Of a DNA stretch of 64,000 nt, positions 37,621 through 50,950 are shown one piece after another (positions within the stretch are counted from its first letter, which is position 1; every line of letters begins with the position of its first letter). Below the pieces are notes generated by a model. The model was given only the letters and a program-made list of their open reading frames with translations, made no database searches and was not told the origin of the DNA. A program made the translations under genes and the position numbers. Origin of the DNA: Eledone cirrhosa (lineage: Eukaryota); NCBI GenBank assembly GCA_964016885.1, contig OZ024754.1:25854001-25918000 (forward strand). The letters run 5' to 3'.

Positions 37621-38439
37621 GCTGTCCACCTCTCCCTGAGAGTTTCTTCTCAGACAACCTGTGGCTGTCCAACTCTCCTCAGAGTTTCTTCTCTGAGGAC
37701 CTTCTGCTGTCCAGCTTTCCCTGAGAGTTTCTTCTAAGACAACCTGTTGCTGTCCAGCTCTCCCTGAGAGTTTCTTCTCAGACGACCTTCTGCTGTCCAC
37801 CTCTCCTGAGAGTTTCTTCTCAGACAACCCTCTGCTGTCCAGCTCTCCTGAGAGTTTCTTCTCAGAGAACCTGCTGTTGTCCACCTCTCCTGAGAGTTTC
37901 TTCTCAGACAACCTGCTGCTGTCCACCTCTCCTGAGAGTTTTTTCTCAGACAACCTTCTGCTGTCCAGCTCTCCTGCGAGTTTCTTCTCAGATAACCTGC
38001 TGCTGTCCAGCTCTCCCTGAGAGTTTCTTCTCAGACAACCTTCTGCAGTCCAGCTCTCCTGAAAGTTTCTTCACATATACCTTCTGCTGTCCACCTCTCC
38101 TGAGAGTTTCTTCTCAGACAACCTGTGGCTGTCCACCTCTCCTGAGAATTTCTCCTCAGACAACCTTCTGCTGTCCAGCTCTCCCTGAGAGTTTCTTCTC
38201 AGACAACCTTCTGCTGTCCAGCTCTCCTGAGAGTTTCTTCTCAGACAACCTGCTGCTGTCCACCTCTCCTGAGAGTTTCTTCTCAGACAACCTGCTACTG
38301 TCCACCTCTCCTGAGAGTTTCTTCTCAGACAAGCTGCTGTTGTCCACCTCTCCTGAGAGTTTCTTCTCAAACAACATTCTGCTGTCCAGCTCTCCTGAGA
38401 GTTTCTTCTCAGACAACCTGCTGCTGTCCACCTCTCCTG

Positions 38440-41400
38440 AGAGTTTCTTCTCAGACAAACTGTTGCTGTCCAGCTCTCCCTGAGAGTTTCTTCTCAGACG
38501 ACCATCTGCTGTGCACCTCTCCTGAGAGTTTCTTCTCAGACAACCTTCTGCTGTCGACCTCTCCTGAGAGTTTCTTCTCAGACGACCTTCTGCTGTCCAG
38601 CTCTCCTGAGAGTTTCTTCTCAGACGACCTTCTGCTGTCCAGCTCTCCCTGAGAGTTTCTTCTCAGACAACCTTCTGCTGTCCAGCTCTCCTGAGAGTTT
38701 CTTCTCAGACAGCCTTCTGCTGTCCACCTCTACTTAAAGTTTCTTCTCAGACAACCTGTGGCTGTCGCACTCTCCTCGGAGTTTGTTCTCTGAGGACCTT
38801 CTGCTGTCCAGCTCTCCCTGTGAGTTTCTTCTCAGACAACCTGCTGCTGTCCACCTCTCCTGAGAGTTTCTTCTCAGACAACCTGCTGCTGTCCACCTCT
38901 CCCTGAGAGTTTCTTCTCAAACAACCTGCTGCTGTCCACCTCTCCTGAGAGTTTCTTCTCAGACAACCTGCTGCTGTCCACCTCTCCTGAGAGTTTCTTC
39001 TCAGACAACCTTCTGCTGTCCAGCTCTCCTGAGAGTTTCTTCTCAGAGAACCTTCTGTTGTCCACCTCTCCTGAGAGATTCTTCTCAGACAACCTGCTGC
39101 TGTCCACCTCTCCTGAGAGTTTCTTCTCAGACAACCTTCTGCTGTCCACGTCTCCTGAGAGTTTCTTCTCAGACAACCTTCTGCTCTCCAACACTCCCTG
39201 AGAATTTCTTCTCAGACGACCTGCTGCTGTCCAGCTCTCCCTGAGAGTTTCTTCTCAGACGACCTTCTGCTGTCCAGCTCTCCCTGAGAGTTTCTTCTCA
39301 GACGACCTGCTGCTGTCCAGCTCTCCCTGAGAGTTTCTTCTCAGACAACCTTCTGCTGTCCTGCTCTCCTGAGAGTTTCTTCTCAGACGACCTTCTGCTG
39401 TCCACCTCTCCTGAGAGTTTCTTCTCAGACAACCTGTAGCTGTCCACCTCTCCAGAGAATTTCTTCTCAGACAACATTCTGCTGTCCAGCTCTCCCTGAG
39501 AGTTTCTTCTCAGACAACCTTCTGCTGTCCAGCTCTCCTGAGAGTTTCTTCTCAGACAACCTGCTGCTGTCCACCTCTCCTGAGAGTTTCTTCTCAGACA
39601 ACCTGTTGCTGTCCACCTCTCCCTGAGAGTTTCTTCTCAGACAACCTGCTGCTGTCCACCTCCCCTGAGAGTTTCTTCTCAGACAACCTGCTGCTGTCCA
39701 CCTCTCCTGAGAGTTTCTTCTCTGACAACCTTCTGCTGTCCAGCTCTCCTGAGAGTTTCTTCTCAGAGAACCTTCTGTTGTCCACCTCTCTTGAGAGTTT
39801 CTTCTCAGACAACCTACTGCTGTCCACCTCTCCTGAGAGTTTCTTCTCAGACAACCTGTTGCTGTCCAGCTCTCCCTGAGAGTTTCTTCTCAGACAACCT
39901 TCTGCTGTCCAGCTCTCCTGAAAGTTTCTTCACAGATAACCGTCTGCTGTCCACCTCTCCTGAGAGTTCCTTCTCAGACGACCATCTGCTGTCCACCTCT
40001 CCTGAGAGTTTCTTCTCAAACAACCTTCTGCTGTCCACCTCTCCTGAGAGTTTCTTCTCAGACGACCTTCTGCTTTCCAGCTCTCCCTGAGAGTTTCTTC
40101 TCAGACGACCTGCTGCTGTCCAGCTCTCCCTGAGAGTTTCTTCTCAGACAACCTTCTGCTGTCCTGCTCTCCTGAGAGTTTCTTCTCAGACGACCTTCTG
40201 CTGTGCACCTCTCCCTGAGAGTTTCTTCTCAGACAACCTGTGGCTGTCCACCTCTCCTGAGAGTTTCTTCTCAGACAACATGCTGCTGTCCACCTCTCCT
40301 GAGAGTTTCTTCTCAGACAACCTTCTGCTGTCCAGCTCTCCCTGAGAGTTTCTTCTCAGACGACCTTCTGCTCTCCAGCACTCCCTGAGAATTTCTTCTC
40401 AGACGACCTGCTGCTGTCCAGCTCTCCCTGAGAATTTCTTCTCAGGCGACCTTCTGCTGTCCAGCACTCCCTGAGAGTTTCTTCTCAGACAACCTTCTGC
40501 TGTCCTGCTCTCCTGAGAGTTTCTTCTCAGATGACCTTCTGCTGTCCACCTCTCCCTGAGAGTTTCTTCTCAGACAACCTGTGGCTGTCCACCTCTCCTG
40601 AGAGTTTCTTCTCAGACAACGTTCTGCTGTCCAGCTCTCCTGAGAGTTTCTTCTCGGAGAACCTGCTGTTGTCCACCTCTCCTGAGAGTTTCTTCTCAGA
40701 CAACCTGTAGCTGTCCACCTCTCCTGAGAGTTTCTTCTCAGACAACCTTCTGCTGTCCAGCTCTCCTGAGAGTTTCTTCTCAGACAGCCTTCTGCTGTCC
40801 ACCTCTCCTGAAAGTTTCTTCACAGATAACCTTCAGCTGTCCACCGCTCCTGAGAGTTTCTTCTCAGACAACCTGTGGCTGTCCACCTCTCCTGAGAGTT
40901 TCTTCTCAGACAACCTTCTGCTGTCCAGCTCTCCTGAGAGTTTCTTCTCAGACAGCCTTCTGCTGTCCACCTCTACTTAAAGTTTCTTCTCAGACAACCT
41001 GTGGCTGTCGCACTCTCCTCGGAGTTTGTTCTCTGAGGACCTTCTGCTGTCCAGCTCTCCCTGTGAGTTTCTTCTCAGACAACCTGCTGCTGTCCACCTC
41101 TCCTGAGAGTTTCTTCTCAGACAACCTGTTGCTGTCCACCTCTCCCTGAGAGTTTCTTCTCAGACAACCTGCTGCTGTCCACCTCTCCCTGAGAGTTTCT
41201 TCTCAGACAACCTGCTGCTGTCCACCTCTCCTGAGAGTTTCTTCTCAGACAACCTGCTGCTGTCCACCTCTCCTGAGAGTTTCTTCTCAGACAACCTTCT
41301 GCTGTCCAGCTCTCCTGAGAGTTTCTTCTCAGAGAACCTTCTGTTGTCCACCTCTCCTGAGAGATTCTTCTCAGACAACCTGCTGCTGTCCACCTCTCCT

Positions 41401-44400
41401 GAGAGTTTCTTCTCAGACAACCTTCTGCTGTCCACGTCTCCTGAGAGTTTCTTCTCAGACAACCTTCTGCTGTCCAGCTCTCCCTGAGAGTTTCTTCTCA
41501 GACGACCTTCTGCTCTCCAACACTCCCTGAGAATTTCTTCTCAGACGACCTGCTGCTGTCCAGCTCTCCCTGAGAGTTTCTTCTCAGACGACCTTCTGCT
41601 TTCCAGCTCTCCCTGAGAGTTTCTTCTCAGACAAACTGTTGCTGTCCAGCTCTCCCTGAGAGTTTCTTCTCAGACGACCATCTGCTGTGCACCTCTCCTG
41701 AGAGTTTCTTCTCAGACAACCTTCTGCTGTCGACCTCTCCTGAGAGTTTCTTCTCAGACGACCTTCTGCTGTCCAGCTCTCCTGAGAGTTTCTTCTCAGA
41801 CGACCTTCTGCTGTCCAGCTCTCCCTGAGAGTTTCTTCTCAGACAACCTTCTGCTGTCCAGCTCTCCTGAGAGTTTCTTCTCAGACAGCCTTCTGCTGTC
41901 CACCTCTACTTAAAGTTTCTTCTCAGACAACCTGTGGCTGTCGCACTCTCCTCGGAGTTTGTTCTCTGAGGACCTTCTGCTGTCCAGCTCTCCCTGTGAG
42001 TTTCTTCTCAGACAACCTGCTGCTGTCCACCTCTCCTGAGAGTTTCTTCTCAGACAACCTGCTGCTGTCCACCTCTCCCTGAGAGTTTCTTCTCAAACAA
42101 CCTGCTGCTGTCCACCTCTCCTGAGAGTTTCTTCTCAGACAACCTGCTGCTGTCCACCTCTCCTGAGAGTTTCTTCTCAGACAACCTTCTGCTGTCCAGC
42201 TCTCCTGAGAGTTTCTTCTCAGAGAACCTTCTGTTGTCCACCTCTCCTGAGAGATTCTTCTCAGACAACCTGCTGCTGTCCACCTCTCCTGAGAGTTTCT
42301 TCTCAGACAACCTTCTGCTGTCCACGTCTCCTGAGAGTTTCTTCTCAGACAACCTTCTGCTCTCCAACACTCCCTGAGAATTTCTTCTCAGACGACCTGC
42401 TGCTGTCCAGCTCTCCCTGAGAGTTTCTTCTCAGACGACCTTCTGCTGTCCAGCTCTCCCTGAGAGTTTCTTCTCAGACGACCTGCTGCTGTCCAGCTCT
42501 CCCTGAGAGTTTCTTCTCAGACAACCTTCTGCTGTCCTGCTCTCCTGAGAGTTTCTTCTCAGACGACCTTCTGCTGTCCACCTCTCCTGAGAGTTTCTTC
42601 TCAGACAACCTGTAGCTGTCCACCTCTCCAGAGAATTTCTTCTCAGACAACATTCTGCTGTCCAGCTCTCCCTGAGAGTTTCTTCTCAGACAACCTTCTG
42701 CTGTCCAGCTCTCCTGAGAGTTTCTTCTCAGACAACCTGCTGCTGTCCACCTCTCCTGAGAGTTTCTTCTCAGACAACCTGTTGCTGTCCACCTCTCCCT
42801 GAGAGTTTCTTCTCAGACAACCTGCTGCTGTCCACCTCCCCTGAGAGTTTCTTCTCAGACAACCTGCTGCTGTCCACCTCTCCTGAGAGTTTCTTCTCTG
42901 ACAACCTTCTGCTGTCCAGCTCTCCTGAGAGTTTCTTCTCAGAGAACCTTCTGTTGTCCACCTCTCCTGGGAGTTTCTTCTCAGACAACCTACTGCTGTC
43001 CACCTCTCCTGAGAGTTTCTTCTCAGACAACCTGTTGCTGTCCAGCTCTCCCTGAGAGTTTCTTCTCAGACAACCTTCTGCTGTCCAGCTCTCCTGAAAG
43101 TTTCTTCACAGATAACCGTCTGCTGTCCACCTCTCCTGAGAGTTCCTTCTCAGACGACCATCTGCTGTCCACCTCTCCTGAGAGTTTCTTCTCAGACAAC
43201 CTTCTGCTGTCCACCTCTCCTGAGAGTTTCTTCTCAGACGACCTTCTGCTTTCCAGCTCTCCCTGAGAGTTTCTTCTCAGACGACCTGCTGCTGTCCAGC
43301 TCTCCCTGAGAGTTTCTTCTCAGACAACCTTCTGCTGTCCTGCTCTCCTGAGAGTTTCTTCTCAGACGACCTTCTGCTGTGCACCTCTCCCTGAGAGTTT
43401 CTTCTCAGACAACCTGTGGCTGTCCACCTCTCCTGAGAGTTTCTTCTCAGACAACATGCTGCTGTCCACCTCTCCTGAGAGTTTCTTCTCAGACAACCTT
43501 CTGCTGTCCAGCTCTCCCTGAGAGTTTCTTCTCAGACGACCTTCTGCTCTCCAGCACTCCCTGAGAATTTCTTCTCAGACGACCTGCTGCTGTCCAGCTC
43601 TCCCTGAGAATTTCTTCTCAGGCGACCTTCTGCTGTCCAGCACTCCCTGAGAGTTTCTTCTCAGACAACCTTCTGCTGTCCTGCTCTCCTGAGAGTTTCT
43701 TCTCAGATGACCTTCTGCTGTCCACCTCTCCCTGAGAGTTTCTTCTCAGACAACCTGTGGCTGTCCACCTCTCCTGAGAGTTTCTTCTCAGACAACGTTC
43801 TGCTGTCCAGCTCTCCTGAGAGTTTCTTCTCGGAGAACCTGCTGTTGTCCACCTCTCCTGAGAGTTTCTTCTCAGACAACCTGTAGCTGTCCACCTCTCC
43901 TGAGAGTTTCTTCTCAGACAACCTTCTGCTGTCCAGCTCTCCTGAGAGTTTCTTCTCAGACAGCCTTCTGCTGTCCACCTCTCCTGAAAGTTTCTTCACA
44001 GATAACCTTCAGCTGTCCACCGCTCCTGAGAGTTTCTTCTCAGACAACCTGTGGCTGTCCACCTCTCCTGAGAGTTTCTTCTCAGACAACCTTCTGCTGT
44101 CCAGCTCTCCTGAGAGTTTCTTCTCAGACAGCCTTCTGCTGTCCACCTCTACTTAAAGTTTCTTCTCAGACAACCTGTGGCTGTCGCACTCTCCTCGGAG
44201 TTTGTTCTCTGAGGACCTTCTGCTGTCCAGCTCTCCCTGTGAGTTTCTTCTCAGACAACCTGCTGCTGTCCACCTCTCCTGAGAGTTTCTTCTCAGACAA
44301 CCTGTTGCTGTCCACCTCTCCCTGAGAGTTTCTTCTCAGACAACCTGCTGCTGTCCACCTCTCCCTGAGAGTTTCTTCTCAGACAACCTGCTGCTGTCCA

Positions 44401-44776
44401 CCTCTCCTGAGAGTTTCTTCTCAGACAACCTGCTGCTGTCCACCTCTCCTGAGAGTTTCTTCTCAGACAACCTTCTGCTGTCCAGCTCTCCTGAGAGTTT
44501 CTTCTCAGAGAACCTTCTGTTGTCCACCTCTCCTGAGAGATTCTTCTCAGACAACCTGCTGCTGTCCACCTCTCCTGAGAGTTTCTTCTCAGACAACCTT
44601 CTGCTGTCCACGTCTCCTGAGAGTTTCTTCTCAGACAACCTTCTGCTGTCCAGCTCTCCCTGAGAGTTTCTTCTCAGACGACCTTCTGCTCTCCAACACT
44701 CCCTGAGAATTTCTTCTCAGACGACCTGCTGCTGTCCAGCTCTCCCTGAGAGTTTCTTCTCAGACGACCTTCTGCT
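38440..44776 (+). repeat. Recent tandem duplication, period 3176 bp (about 75 monomers)
   Basis: ORF pairs 38874/42050, 39594/42770, 39847/43023, 40203/43379, 40527/43703 and 41160/44336 are all offset by 3176. Confidence 0.93.
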
Positions 44777-47700
44777 GTCCAGCTCTCCCTGAGAGTTTCT
44801 TCTCAGACGACCTGCTGCTGTCCAGCTCTCCCTGAGAGTTTCTTCTCAGACAACCTTCTGCTGTCCTGCTCTCCTGAGAGTTTCTTCTCAGACGACCTTC
44901 TGCTGTCCACCTCTCCTGAGAGTTTCTTCTCAGACAACCTGTAGCTGTCCACCTCTCCAGAGAATTTCTTCTCAGACAACATTCTGCTGTCCAGCTCTCC
45001 CTGAGAGTTTCTTCTCAGACAACCTTCTGCTGTCCAGCTCTCCTGAGAGTTTCTTCTCAGACAACCTGCTGCTGTCCACCTCTCCTGAGAGTTTCTTCTC
45101 AGACAACCTGTTGCTGTCCACCTCTCCCTGAGAGTTTCTTCTCAGACAACCTGCTGCTGTCCACCTCCCCTGAGAGTTTCTTCTCAGACAACCTGCTGCT
45201 GTCCACCTCTCCTGAGAGTTTCTTCTCTGACAACCTTCTGCTGTCCAGCTCTCCTGAGAGTTTCTTCTCAGAGAACCTTCTGTTGTCCACCTCTCCTGAG
45301 AGTTTCTTCTCAGACAACCTGCTGCTGTCCACCTCTCCTGAGAGTTTCTTCTCAGACAACCTGTTGCTGTCCAGCTCTCCCTGAGAGTTTCTTCTCAGAC
45401 AACCTTCTGCTGTCCAGCTCTCCTGAAAGTTTCTTCACAGATAACCTTCTGCTGTCCACCTCTCCTGAGAGTTCCTTCTCAGACGACCATCTGCTGTCCA
45501 CCTCTCCTGAGAGTTTCTTCTCAGACAACCTTCTGCTGTCCACCTCTCCTGAGAGTTTCTTCTCAGACGACCTTCTGCTTTCCAGCTCTCCCTGAGAGTT
45601 TCTTCTCAGACGACCTGCTGCTGTCCAGCTCTCCCTGAGAGTTTCTTCTCAGACAACCTTCTGCTGTCCTGCTCTCCTGAGAGTTTCTTCTCAGACGACC
45701 TTCTGCTGTGCACCTCTCCCTGAGAGTTTCTTCTCAGACAACCTGTGGCTGTCCACCTCTCCTGAGAGTTTCTTCTCAGACAACATGCTGCTGTCCACCT
45801 CTCCTGAGAGTTTCTTCTCAGACAACCTTCTGCTGTCCAGCTCTCCCTGAGAGTTTCTTCTCAGACGACCTCCTGCTCTCCAGCACTCCCTGAGAATTTC
45901 TTCTCAGACGACCTGCTGCTGTCCAGCTCTCCCTGAGAATTTCTTCTCAGGCGACCTTCTGCTGTCCAGCACTCCCTGAGAGTTTCTTCTCAGACAACCT
46001 TCTGCTGTCCTGCTCTCCTGAGAGTTTCTTCTCAGATGACCTTCTGCTGTCCACCTCTCCCTGAGAGTTTCTTCTCAGACAACCTGTGGCTGTCCACCTC
46101 TCCTGAGAATTTCTTCTCAGACAACCTTCTGCTGTCCTGCTCTCCTGAGAGTTTCTTCTCAGATGACCTTCTGCTGTCCACCTCTCCTGAGAGTTTCTTC
46201 TCAGACAACCTGTAGCTGTCCACCTCTCCTGAGAGTTTCTTCTCAGACAACCTTCTGCTGTCCAGCTCTCCTGAGAGTTTCTTCTCAGACAGCCTTCTGC
46301 TGTCCACCTCTCCTGAAAGTTTCTTCACAGATAACCTTCAGCTGTCCACCGCTCCTGAGAGTTTCTTCTCAGACAACCTGTGGCTGTCCACCTCTCCTGA
46401 GAGTTTCTTCTCAGACAACCTTCTGCTGTCCAGCTCTCCCTGAGAGTTTCTTCTCAGACAACCTTCTGCTGTCCAGCTCTCCTGAGAGTTTCTTCTCAGA
46501 CAACCTGCTGCTGTCCACCTCTCCAGAGAGTTTCTTCTCAGACAACCTGCTGCTGTCCACCTCTCCTGAGAGTTTCTTCTCAGACAACCTGCTGTTGTCC
46601 ACCTCTCCTGAGATTTCTTCTCAGACAACCTGCTGCTGTCCACCTCTCCTGCGAGGTTCTTCTCAGATAACCTTCTGCTGTCCAGCTCTCCTGAGAGTTT
46701 CTTCTCAGACAACCTTCTGCTGTCCACCTCTCCTGCGAGGTTCTTCTCAGATAACCTTCTGCTCTCCAGCTCTCCTGAGAGTTTCTTCTTACACAACCTT
46801 CTGCTGTCCAGCTCTCCTGAGAATTTCTTCTCAGACAACCTGCTACTGTCCAGCTCTCCTGAAAGTTTCTTCTCAGACAACCTTCTGCTGTCCAGCTCTC
46901 CCTGAGAGTTTCTTCTCAGACAACCTGCTGCTGTCCACCTCTCCTGAGAGTTTCTTCTCAGACAACCTACTGCTGTCCACCTCTCCTGAGAGTTTCTTCT
47001 CAGACAACCTTCTGCTCTCCACCTCTCCTGAGAGTTTCTTCTCAGAGAACCTTCTGTTGTCCACCTCTCCTGAGAGTTTCTTCTCAGACAACCTGCTGCT
47101 GTCCACCTCTCCTGAGAGTTTCTTCTCAGACAACCTTCTACTGTCCACCTCTCCTAAGAATGTTCTTCCCAGATAACCTGTTGCTGTCCAGCTCTCCTGA
47201 GAGTTTCTTCTCAGACAACCTTCTGCTGTCCACCTCTCCTGAGAGTTTCTTCTCAGACGACCTTCTGCTGTCCAGCACTCCCTGAGAATTTCTTCTCAGA
47301 CGACCTGCTGCTGTCCCGCTCTCCCTGAGAGTTTCTTCTCAGACGACCTTCTGCTGTCCAGCTCTCCCTGAGAGTTTCTTCTCAGACGACCTGCTGCTGT
47401 CCAGCTCTCCCTGAGAGTTTCTTCTCAGACAACCTTTTGCTGTCCTGCTCTCCTGAGAGTTTCTTCTCAGACGACCTTCTGCTGTCCACCTCTCCCTGAG
47501 AGTTTCTTCTCAGACAACCTGTGGCTGTCCACCTCTCCTGTGAGTTTCTTCTCAGACAACCTTCTGCTGTCCACCTCTCCTGAGAGTTTCTTCTCAGAGA
47601 ACCTGCTGTTGTCCACCTCTCCCTGAGAGTTTCTTCTCAGACAACCTTCTGCTGTCCAGCTCTCCTGAGAGTTTCTTCTCAGAGGAGCTTCTGTTGTGAA

Positions 47701-50700
47701 CCACTCCCTGAGAATTTCTACTCAGACAACCTGTGACTGTCCAACTCTCCTCAGAGTTTCTTCTCTGAGGACCTTCTGCTGTCCAGCTTTCCCTGAGAGC
47801 TTCTTCTCAGACGACCTTCTGCTGTCCAGCTTTCCCTGAGAGTTTCTTCTCAGACGACCTTCTGCTGTCCAGCTCTCCCTGAGAGTTTCTTCGCAGACGA
47901 CCTTCTACTGTCCAGCTCTCCATGAGAGTTTCTTCTCAGGCGACCTTCTGCTGTCCAGCTCTCCCTGGGAGTTTCTTCTCAGACAATCTTCTGCTGTCCA
48001 GCTCTCCTGAGAGTTTCTTCTCAGACAGCCTTCTGCTGTCCACCTCTACTTACAGTTTCTTCACAGATAACCTTCTGCTGTCCACCTCTCCTGAAAGTTT
48101 CTTCACAGATAACCTTCTGCTGTCCACCTCTCCTGAGAGTTTCTTCTCAGACAACCTGTAGCTGTCCACCTCTCCAGAGAATTTCTTCTCAGACAACATT
48201 CTGCTGTCCAGCTCTCCCTGAGAGTTTCTTCTCAGACAACCTTCTGCTGTCCAGCTCTCCTGACAGTTTCTTCTCAGACAACCTGCTGCTGTCCACCTCT
48301 CCTGAGAGTTTCTTCTCAGACAACCTGTTGCTGTCCACCTCTCCCTGAGAGTTTCTTCTCAGACAACCTGCTGCTGTCCACCTCCTCTGAGAGTTTCTTC
48401 TCAGACAACCTGCTGCTGTCCACCTCTCCTGAGAGTTTCTTCTCAGACAACCTTCTGCTGTCCAGCTCTCCTGAGAGTTTCTTCTCAGATAACCTTCTGC
48501 TGTCCACCTCTCCTGAGAGTTCCTTCTCAGACGACCATCTGCTGTCCACCTCTCCTGAGAGTTTCTTCTCAGACAACCTTCTGCTGTCCACCTCTCCTGA
48601 GAGTTTCTTCTCAGACGACCTTCTGCTTTCCAGCTCTCCCTGAGAGTTTCTTCTCAGACGACCTGCTGCTGTCCAGCTCTCCCTGAGAGTTTCTTCTCAG
48701 ACAATCTTCTGCTGTCCTGCTCTCCTGAGAGTTTCTTCTCAGACGACCTTCTGCTGTGCACCTCTCCCTGAGAGTTTCTTCTCAGACAACCTGTGGCTGT
48801 CCACCTCTCCTGAGAGTTTCTTCTCAGACAACATGCTGCTGTCCACCTCTCCTGAGAGTTTCTTCTCAGACAACCTTCTGCTGTCCAGCTCTCCCTGAGA
48901 GTTTCTTCTCAGACGACCTTCTGCTCTCCAGCACTCCCTGAGAATTTCTTCTCAGACGACCTGCTGCTGTCCAGCTCTCCCTGAGAGTTTCTTCTCAGGC
49001 GACCTTCTGCTGTCCAGCTCTCCCTGAGAGTTTCTTCTCAGACAACCTTCTGCTGTCCTGCTCTCCTGAGAGTTTCTTCTCAGATGACCTTCTGCTGTCC
49101 ACCTCTCCCTGAGAGTTTCTTCTCAGACAACCTGTGGCTGTCCACCTCTCCTGAGAGTTTCTTCTCAGACAACCTTCTGCTGTCCAGCTCTCCTGAGAGT
49201 TTCTTCTCGGAGAACCTGCTGTTGTCCACCTCTCCTGAGAGTTTCTTCTCAGACAACCTGTAGCTGTCCACCTCTCCTGAGAGTTTCTTCTCAGACAACC
49301 TTCTGCTGTCCAGCTCTCCTGAGAGTTTCTTCTCAGACAGCCTTCTGCTGTCCACCTCTCCTGAAAGTTTCTTCACAGATAACCTTCAGCTGTCCACCGC
49401 TCCTGAGAGTTTCTTCTCAGACAACCTGTGGCTGTCCACCTCTCCTGAGAGTTTCTTCTCAGACAACCTTCTGCTGTCCAGCTCTCCCTGAGAGTTTCTT
49501 CTCAGACAACCTTCTGCTGTCCAGCTCTCCTGAGTGTTTCTTCTCAGACAACCTGCTGCTGTCCACCTCTCCAGAGAGTTTCTTCTCAGACAACCTGCTG
49601 CTGTCCACCTCTCCTGAGAGTTTCTTCTCAGACAACCTGCTGTTGTCCACCTCTCCTGAAATTTCTTCTCAGACAACCTGCTGCTGTCCACCTCTCCTGA
49701 GAGTTTCTTCTCAGACAACCTTCTGCTGTCCACCTCTCCTGCGAGGTTCTTCTCAGATAACCTTCTGCTGTCCAGCTCTCCTGAGAGTTTCTTCTCAGAC
49801 AACCTTCTGCTGTCCAGCTCTCCTGAGAATTTCTTCTCAGACAACCTGCTACTGTCCAGCTCTCCTGAAAGTTTCTTCTCAGACAACCTTCTGCTGTCCA
49901 GCTCTCCCTGAGAGTTTCTTCTCAGACAACCTGCTGCTGTCCACCTCTCCTGAGAGTTTCTTCTCAGACAACCTACTGCTGTCCACCTCTCCTGAGAGTT
50001 TCTTCTCAGACAACCTTCTGCTCTCCACCTCTCCTGAGAGTTTCTTCTCAGAGAACCTTCTGTTGTCCACCTCTCCTGAGAGTTTCTTCTCAGACAACCT
50101 GCTGCTGTCCACCTCTCCTGAGAGTTTCTTCTCAGACAACCTTCTGCTGTCCACCTCTCCTAAGAATGTTCTTCCCAGATAACCTGTTGCTGTCCAGCTC
50201 TCCTGAGAGTTTCTTCTCAGACAACCTTCTGCTGTCCACCTCTCCTGAGAGTTTCTTCTCAGACGACCTTCTGCTGTCCAGCACTCCCTGAGAATTTCTT
50301 CTCAGACGACCTGCTGCTGTCAAACTCTCCCTGAGAGTTTCTTCTCAGACGACCTTCTGCTGTCCAGCTCTCCCTGAGAGTTTCTTCTCAGACGACCTGC
50401 TGCTGTCCAGCTCTCCCTGAGAGTTTCTTCTCAGACAACCTTCTGCTGTCCTGCTCTCCTGAGAGTTTCTTCTCAGACGACCTTCTGCTGTCCACCTCTC
50501 CCTGAGAGTTTCTTCTCAGACAACCTGTGGCTGTCCACCTCTCCTGAGAGTTTCTTCTCAGACAGCCTTCTGCTGTCCACCTCTCCTGAGAGTTTCTTCT
50601 CAGAGAACCTGCTGTTGTCCACCTCTCCCTGAGAGTTTCTTGTCAGACAACGTTCTGCTGTCCAGCTCTCCTGAGAGTTTCTTCTCAGAGGAGCTTCTGT

Positions 50701-50950
50701 TGTGAACCTCTCCCTGAGAGTTTCTTCTCAGACAACCTGTGACTGTCCAACTCTCCTCAGAGTTTCTTCTCTGAGGACCTTCTGCTGTCCAGCTTTCCCT
50801 GAGAGCTTCTTCTCAGACGACCTTCTGCTGTCCAGCTCTCCCTGAGAGTTTCTTCTCAGACGACCTTCTACTGTCCAACTCTCCCTGAGAGTTTCTTCTC
50901 AGGCGACCTTCTGCTGTCCAGCTCTCCCTGAGAGTTTCTTCTCAGACAAC
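42330..50950 (+). repeat. Further related copies at offsets 2329 bp and about 3006-3048 bp
   Basis: ORFs 42770/45099, 43379/45708 and 43703/46032 (2329); 45708/48756 and 46032/49080 (3048); 46873/49879 (3006). Confidence 0.85.

Noticed and set aside
46163-47176. Cys-rich keratin-associated/metallothionein-like or C2H2 zinc-finger (84 bp = 2 x 42) coding array
   Set aside because: There is no CxxC...HxxxH spacing or TGEKP linker. The CC/CCC residues come from TGCTGCTGT in the satellite, and the frame is not maintained.
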